Shown piece after piece: positions 59,686-64,000 of a DNA stretch of 64,000 bases (position 1 is the first letter of the stretch; each line of letters begins with the position of its first letter). The notes below the pieces were generated by a model. The model made no database searches. It worked only from the letters and a program-made list of their open reading frames with translations, and was not told where the DNA came from. Position numbers and translations under genes: made by a program. Origin of the DNA: Bacillota bacterium (GTDB lineage: Bacteria > Bacillota > Ch66 > Ch109). The DNA lies in the NCBI GenBank assembly GCA_050952625.1, contig JBMNLH010000001.1, positions 1,184,001-1,248,000 of the forward strand, written 5' to 3'.

Positions 59686-60648
59686 TCATTCAATATTATG
59701 TTTTCGTTTAAACTGAATAGGTTCAGTTGCCGGAGTGATGACTTCAAAAATAAAACCCATTTCTTTTAAACCCTCAATAATTGAGGGGAGAGCCTTTACC
59801 GTACTAGTCATTCTAGAGGAATCATGCAATAAAATAATGATGCGATCCTTTCCCTGCGCCTGTTTAATAGTATTGTTTATAAGCATCTCGGGCGTTTTGG
59901 GACTGCCTGCCGCATCGCCAGGACAAACATTCCAATCATAGTATATATATCCTTTTTCTATCAAACGATCAATATGATGTTCTTTGAGAAAGGGGATTGA
60001 TCCACCAGGAGGGCGAAATATCTTGGGATTATCACCAATTATTTCACCCAAAATATTAGTGCAAATATTGATCTCGTTTATTAAAGTATCAGCAGTACGG
60101 TAGACTTCACTATACTGATGAGAATAACTGTGATTGCCAATCGTATGACCCTCAATAAATGCTCGCTGAACAATTTCAGGATGCTTCTCGGCTTGTTTGC
60201 CAATTACAAAAAAGGTAACCTTTATCTGGTAATGATTGGCGATATCCAGTATTGGGAGGGTAACCTCTCTTGATGGACCATCATCAAAAGTCAGATAGGC
60301 AACCTTACTCGGCTTTTCAGAAAATTGATCTTCTGATTCCGAAGCTTGCGCTTCGCTAGGACTGAAAGATAAGGGTGGAGTCTCACTTATTGAAGTATCC
60401 TCTGGAGTTGAAGTATTCTTATCAATACCCAAGTCAGGATTAGTCAAAGTATTTATATCCGAGTTTAACTCCCCGTTAATTAGAGACTTCTCTGACTTCA
60501 CTATATCTTCAGGTCCCATAAGGAAAATATACTTGCTAAACTGAGTAGGGGTTAAGTCAATAAACCCAACAGTTATTAATAAAAGGCCAGTTAAAATAGC
60601 GGTTGATAAACAACGAATAATATTTTTCACAACCCCCACCCCCATCAC
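59686..60648 (-). CDS. Polysaccharide (peptidoglycan) deacetylase, CE4
   Basis: TFDDGP, HSYSH, RPPGG, LLHD; N-terminal TM anchor and S/T/E-rich linker. Confidence 0.92.
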   Translation of the reverse strand: MMGVGVVKNIIRCLSTAILTGLLLITVGFIDLTPTQFSKYIFLMGPEDIVKSEKSLINGELNSDINTLTNPDLGIDKNTSTPEDTSISETPPLSFSPSEAQASESEDQFSEKPSKVAYLTFDDGPSREVTLPILDIANHYQIKVTFFVIGKQAEKHPEIVQRAFIEGHTIGNHSYSHQYSEVYRTADTLINEINICTNILGEIIGDNPKIFRPPGGSIPFLKEHHIDRLIEKGYIYYDWNVCPGDAAGSPKTPEMLINNTIKQAQGKDRIIILLHDSSRMTSTVKALPSIIEGLKEMGFIFEVITPATEPIQFKRKHNIE

Positions 60649-60778
60649 TAATAAATATTAATGTTATAATACTAACGCATACCCTTTACAAATAGATATG
60701 GAAAAATTTCGCCATTAATAAGGTAATAACTGTAAACCGTTCCAAATATTATTTAGTTTTCTGGATGTAATTTTACCC

Positions 60779-60807
60779 TTGCATTTAACATCGGATCCTG
60801 ATAAAAT
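60779..60807 (+). promoter_or_regulatory. SigA promoter of tRNA-Trp
   Basis: TTGCAT-17 nt-TAAAAT with TG. Confidence 0.7.
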
Positions 60808-60842
60808 AAATAACGTCAATTAGAGAAAGTATAATTTTTTGC

Positions 60843-60918
60843 AGGGGTGTAGCTCAATTGGTAGAGTAGTGGACTCCAAATCCATTGGTTGCGGGTTCGA
60901 GTCCTGCCGCCCCTGCCA
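60843..60918 (+). tRNA. tRNA-Trp (anticodon CCA)
   Basis: Full cloverleaf; anticodon arm GTGGA-CTCCAAA-TCCAT; encoded CCA; terminator at 60926-60953. Confidence 0.96.
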
Positions 60919-61185
60919 AAATTTCTAGCCTTCGGGAATTTTCTCGAAGGCTAATTACTTTCGATTTGTTGTTTGTGTCTCATTGCTAAAGTATTACCTA
61001 AAAGTCTTATAAACGGTAGTTATTTTTAGAAGGCAAAAATCGAAAGATCAAGAATACAAATATAAAGAAAGCAGTCATGCTAGTAAATAATAGGTTGAAA
61101 AGGAGGGAGGCGCGCTATCCAGTTAGATTTGACAATGGTCTTTGTATCCTTGTCCTAACTATCTTGAGATTAAGCGCCATTAAGG

Positions 61186-62124
61186 ATGAAAAAAATTGCG
61201 GTTTTCTGTGGAGGGACCTCTTCGGAACGAGAAGTGTCTCTTAGAAGTGGGGAAGCCGTATATCAAGCTCTGCTGGCAACAGGCTATTCGGCTGTTAAAA
61301 TTGATGCCAATACATCGATCATAGAACGACTACTCCAAGAACGACCCGATGCGGCTTTTATTGCTCTTCATGGTAAGCTAGGGGAAGATGGAACCCTCCA
61401 GGGGTTACTAGACATAATGGGGATACCTTATACTGGTCCTGGGGTTCTGGCCAGTGCCATAGGCATGAATAAGTTAATTACCAAGAAATTATTAAGCTAT
61501 GAAGGAATACCTACCCCACCTTTTATTAGTCTCAATCGAAAAGAAGTCGACACATTAGGCTGGACATCAGTACTGAACAAGATTAAACAACTGTATCCTT
61601 TACCTTTGGTGGTGAAAGCAATAACTCAAGGATCAACCATTGGAGTGTTTTTTGTTCATCGGGAAGAAGACATAATAGCAGCAGTTAAGGATGCTTTGTC
61701 TTTTGACTCTGAAATTTTGGTGGAAAAGATGATTAGAGGAACCGAGGTAACAGCGGCCATTATGGGTGACAATCCGCCAGTCGTCCTGCCCTTGATTGAA
61801 ATAACCTCAGTAACTGGCATCTACGATTACCAATCTAAGTATACCCCGGGAATGAGTCAGCATCTTATACCACCTAACTTACCCGAAACCACCCAGAAAT
61901 TAGCAAGCGAGGTCTGCCTTCGCACCTATCAATCAATTGGTTGTCGAGGATACGCTCGGGTTGATTGCATAATTGATACCAACGGCCAACCTTTTGTTTT
62001 GGAGATAAACACCGCCCCGGGTTTAACTGCCACCAGCCTATTTCCGGATGCCGCACGCCATGCTGGAATTGAGTTCCCTGAGCTTGTTCGCCAAATAGTG
62101 GAAATGGCTCGAACAGGATACTAA
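61186..62124 (+). CDS. ddl: D-alanine--D-alanine ligase
   Basis: GG.SSEREVS, LHG..GEDG, GSTIG, YDYQSKY, EINTAPG. Confidence 0.95.
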   Translation: MKKIAVFCGGTSSEREVSLRSGEAVYQALLATGYSAVKIDANTSIIERLLQERPDAAFIALHGKLGEDGTLQGLLDIMGIPYTGPGVLASAIGMNKLITKKLLSYEGIPTPPFISLNRKEVDTLGWTSVLNKIKQLYPLPLVVKAITQGSTIGVFFVHREEDIIAAVKDALSFDSEILVEKMIRGTEVTAAIMGDNPPVVLPLIEITSVTGIYDYQSKYTPGMSQHLIPPNLPETTQKLASEVCLRTYQSIGCRGYARVDCIIDTNGQPFVLEINTAPGLTATSLFPDAARHAGIEFPELVRQIVEMARTGY

Positions 62125-62328
62125 TAAATACGTGGTGGCCATTAATTGTTTCGCGCACTAGAAATCAAATAATGGCTGCGGATGTATGTTAGATCCTAAA
62201 GTCATTTTCGACAAAGGTTAACTATACGAGGAGGAAATGGCGGAATTATCTCGAAATAGATAAATATTTGTATTTATCAGCTTAAGCAAAAAGAACGGAT
62301 GAAACCCAGAAGGGAGAAACAGGACAAA

Positions 62329-63414
62329 GTGTCGGACCGGTTATTAAAGGATATTCAAAACAAGCTAGATCAAGGGAAGCGACTTACTCGGCAAGACGGA
62401 CTAGCTCTGATGGATTGCCAGGACCTGATAGGGTTAGGCCGGTTAGCCAGAAGAATTAAAAAACACAAAACCGGGCAATATGTCTACTTTAACTCGAATT
62501 TCCATATTAATTTGACTAATATCTGCGTATCCCGGTGTAAATTTTGTGCCTTTGGTCGTGACCGAGATGATGCCGGAGCCTATGCAATGACTCTGGATGA
62601 GGTATTGCAACAAGCCGAGTATGGGGTTGAAGGTGGCGCCAAGGAGCTTCATATTGTTAGTGCTCTCCACCCGGACCTGCCTTTTGATTATTACGTCGAG
62701 GTTATTCGTCTTTGTCGGGAAAGGTTTCCCACGATTCACCTAAAGGCCTTTACGGCAGTTGAGATAGACTACTTTACCAAGATTTCTCAGCTTTCTTTGC
62801 ATCAGGTATTGCAAACTCTAAAAGAAGCCGGTCTGGATTCATTACCGGGAGGAGGGGCTGAGGTTTTTAGTCCCCGGGTACGAGACAAGCTATGTCCAAA
62901 TAAAGCCAACAGTGAACGCTGGCTGGAAGTAATGCGGACAGCGCACAGTTTAGGCCTCAAGAGTAACGCAACGATGCTTTATGGTCATATTGAAACATTA
63001 GAAGAAAGAGTAGATCATCTATTGGCTTTACGTAACTTGCAGGATGAAACTGGCGGCTTCCAATCGTTCATCCCGTTACCTTTTCATCCGCAAAATACTC
63101 AGATAGCAAGTATCCAAAGGACAACGGCTCATGAAAACCTCAAAATGATCGCCTTGTCTCGTCTAATCCTGGACAACTTTGACCATATTAAGGCTTATTG
63201 GATTATGCAAGGAATACCATTGGCCCAGATATCGCTTAATTTCGGAGCGGATGATCTTGATGGCACCGTGGTCAAAGAAAAAATTACTCATGCAGCTGGG
63301 GCTAGAACTAATGAAGGTATAACTAAAGAAGAGCTTATCCGACTTATTCGGGAAGCCGGCTATACTCCAGTTGAACGCGATACTTTATATAATATTCTTC
63401 AAGTATTTGATTAA
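62329..63414 (+). CDS. mqnE: Aminofutalosine synthase (radical SAM)
   Basis: CVSRCKFC, PGGGAE, NATMLYGH, HIKAYW, I.HAAG; next to mqnA; start could be 62299. Confidence 0.88.
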   Translation: MSDRLLKDIQNKLDQGKRLTRQDGLALMDCQDLIGLGRLARRIKKHKTGQYVYFNSNFHINLTNICVSRCKFCAFGRDRDDAGAYAMTLDEVLQQAEYGVEGGAKELHIVSALHPDLPFDYYVEVIRLCRERFPTIHLKAFTAVEIDYFTKISQLSLHQVLQTLKEAGLDSLPGGGAEVFSPRVRDKLCPNKANSERWLEVMRTAHSLGLKSNATMLYGHIETLEERVDHLLALRNLQDETGGFQSFIPLPFHPQNTQIASIQRTTAHENLKMIALSRLILDNFDHIKAYWIMQGIPLAQISLNFGADDLDGTVVKEKITHAAGARTNEGITKEELIRLIREAGYTPVERDTLYNILQVFD

Positions 63415-63436
63415 ACATATAATAGGGGGGTTGTTT

Positions 63437-64000
63437 ATGCGTCCCCGTGTTGGACACATTCAATTTATTAACTGCTTACCTTTATACTATGGTTTAGTTA
63501 AAAAAGGTGTTTTGTTGGATGTCGAGTTAACCAAAGGTACTCCAACCGAGTTAAACCGGATGCTTATTCAAGGTGAATTAGATATTAGCCCCATTTCGTC
63601 TATAGAATATGGGCGACACGCAGAATTGCTTTTACTGATGCCTGACCTGACCGTTAGCGCGGAGGAAGAGGTACTCAGTATCTTACTCTTAAGCAAGGTG
63701 CCAATTGAAGAACTCGAAGGCCGAACCATTGCATTGACCAATACCTCGGCTACTTCTCATGCTTTGCTCAAAATTTTACTAAAGGAAAAATACGGCTTGA
63801 ACTGTAACTTTTTTATTTGTCCCCCAGAATTAGGTTCAATGCTGTTAGAAGCTGATGCTGCCCTATTAATTGGCGATCCGGCCTTACGGGCTTATTTTCA
63901 GCCCCGACCAGACTTGTTTAGTTATGATTTAGGAAAATTATGGAAAGAGTTGACGGGGTTGCCGATGGTTTTTGCTGTTTGGGCAATTCGGCGCGAGTTT
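63437..64000 (+). CDS. mqnA: Chorismate dehydratase (futalosine pathway), 3'-truncated; not in the ORF track
   Basis: Translated by eye: MRPRVGHIQFINCLPLYYGL...SATS...LLIGD.AL...W...TGLPMVFAVW. Confidence 0.9.
   Translation, partial: MRPRVGHIQFINCLPLYYGLVKKGVLLDVELTKGTPTELNRMLIQGELDISPISSIEYGRHAELLLLMPDLTVSAEEEVLSILLLSKVPIEELEGRTIALTNTSATSHALLKILLKEKYGLNCNFFICPPELGSMLLEADAALLIGDPALRAYFQPRPDLFSYDLGKLWKELTGLPMVFAVWAIRREF

Noticed and set aside
60843-61100. tRNA-Trp as an island attachment site or suppressor tRNA
   Set aside because: Standard CCA anticodon, immediate terminator, housekeeping ddl downstream
170-62739. Numerous 60-130 aa ORFs overlapping larger genes
   Set aside because: Antisense or alternate-frame shadows of well-supported CDSs, with no recognisable motifs
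1-64000. CRISPR arrays, IS elements, defence systems, Sec/Pyl readthrough
   Set aside because: No spaced repeat arrays, transposases or defence motifs seen; no gene shows homology continuing in frame past TGA or TAG

Overview
Core-genome window from an endospore-forming, anaerobic Bacillota (Clostridia/Peptococcales-like; inferred from cotJABC, a gerKABC-type operon, spoVB, yyaC, iorAB and the futalosine genes mqnE/mqnA). It holds about 55 CDSs for metabolism, replication, envelope and sporulation, three tRNAs (Arg-CCG, Gly-TCC, Trp-CCA) and an Ala T-box. I found no prophage, IS, CRISPR array or defence island. The most interesting signals are small or non-coding and are absent from the ORF track: (1) an MgtL-like leader ORF with mutually exclusive pairings upstream of corA; (2) a Shine-Dalgarno separated from the start codon by a stem-loop in ddl and folE; (3) an unannotated SpoVM-like 21-aa ORF and an orphan OadG-like 48-aa ORF; (4) candidate sRNAs with anti-SD motifs; (5) ten SigH-like promoters; (6) a GerKA with a ~210-aa disordered insert. 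Six frameshifts cluster at 34.9-39.0 kb (MFS gene, ahcY, glgC) and are more likely consensus errors than real decay. All family assignments come from recognising motifs by eye; no searches were run.
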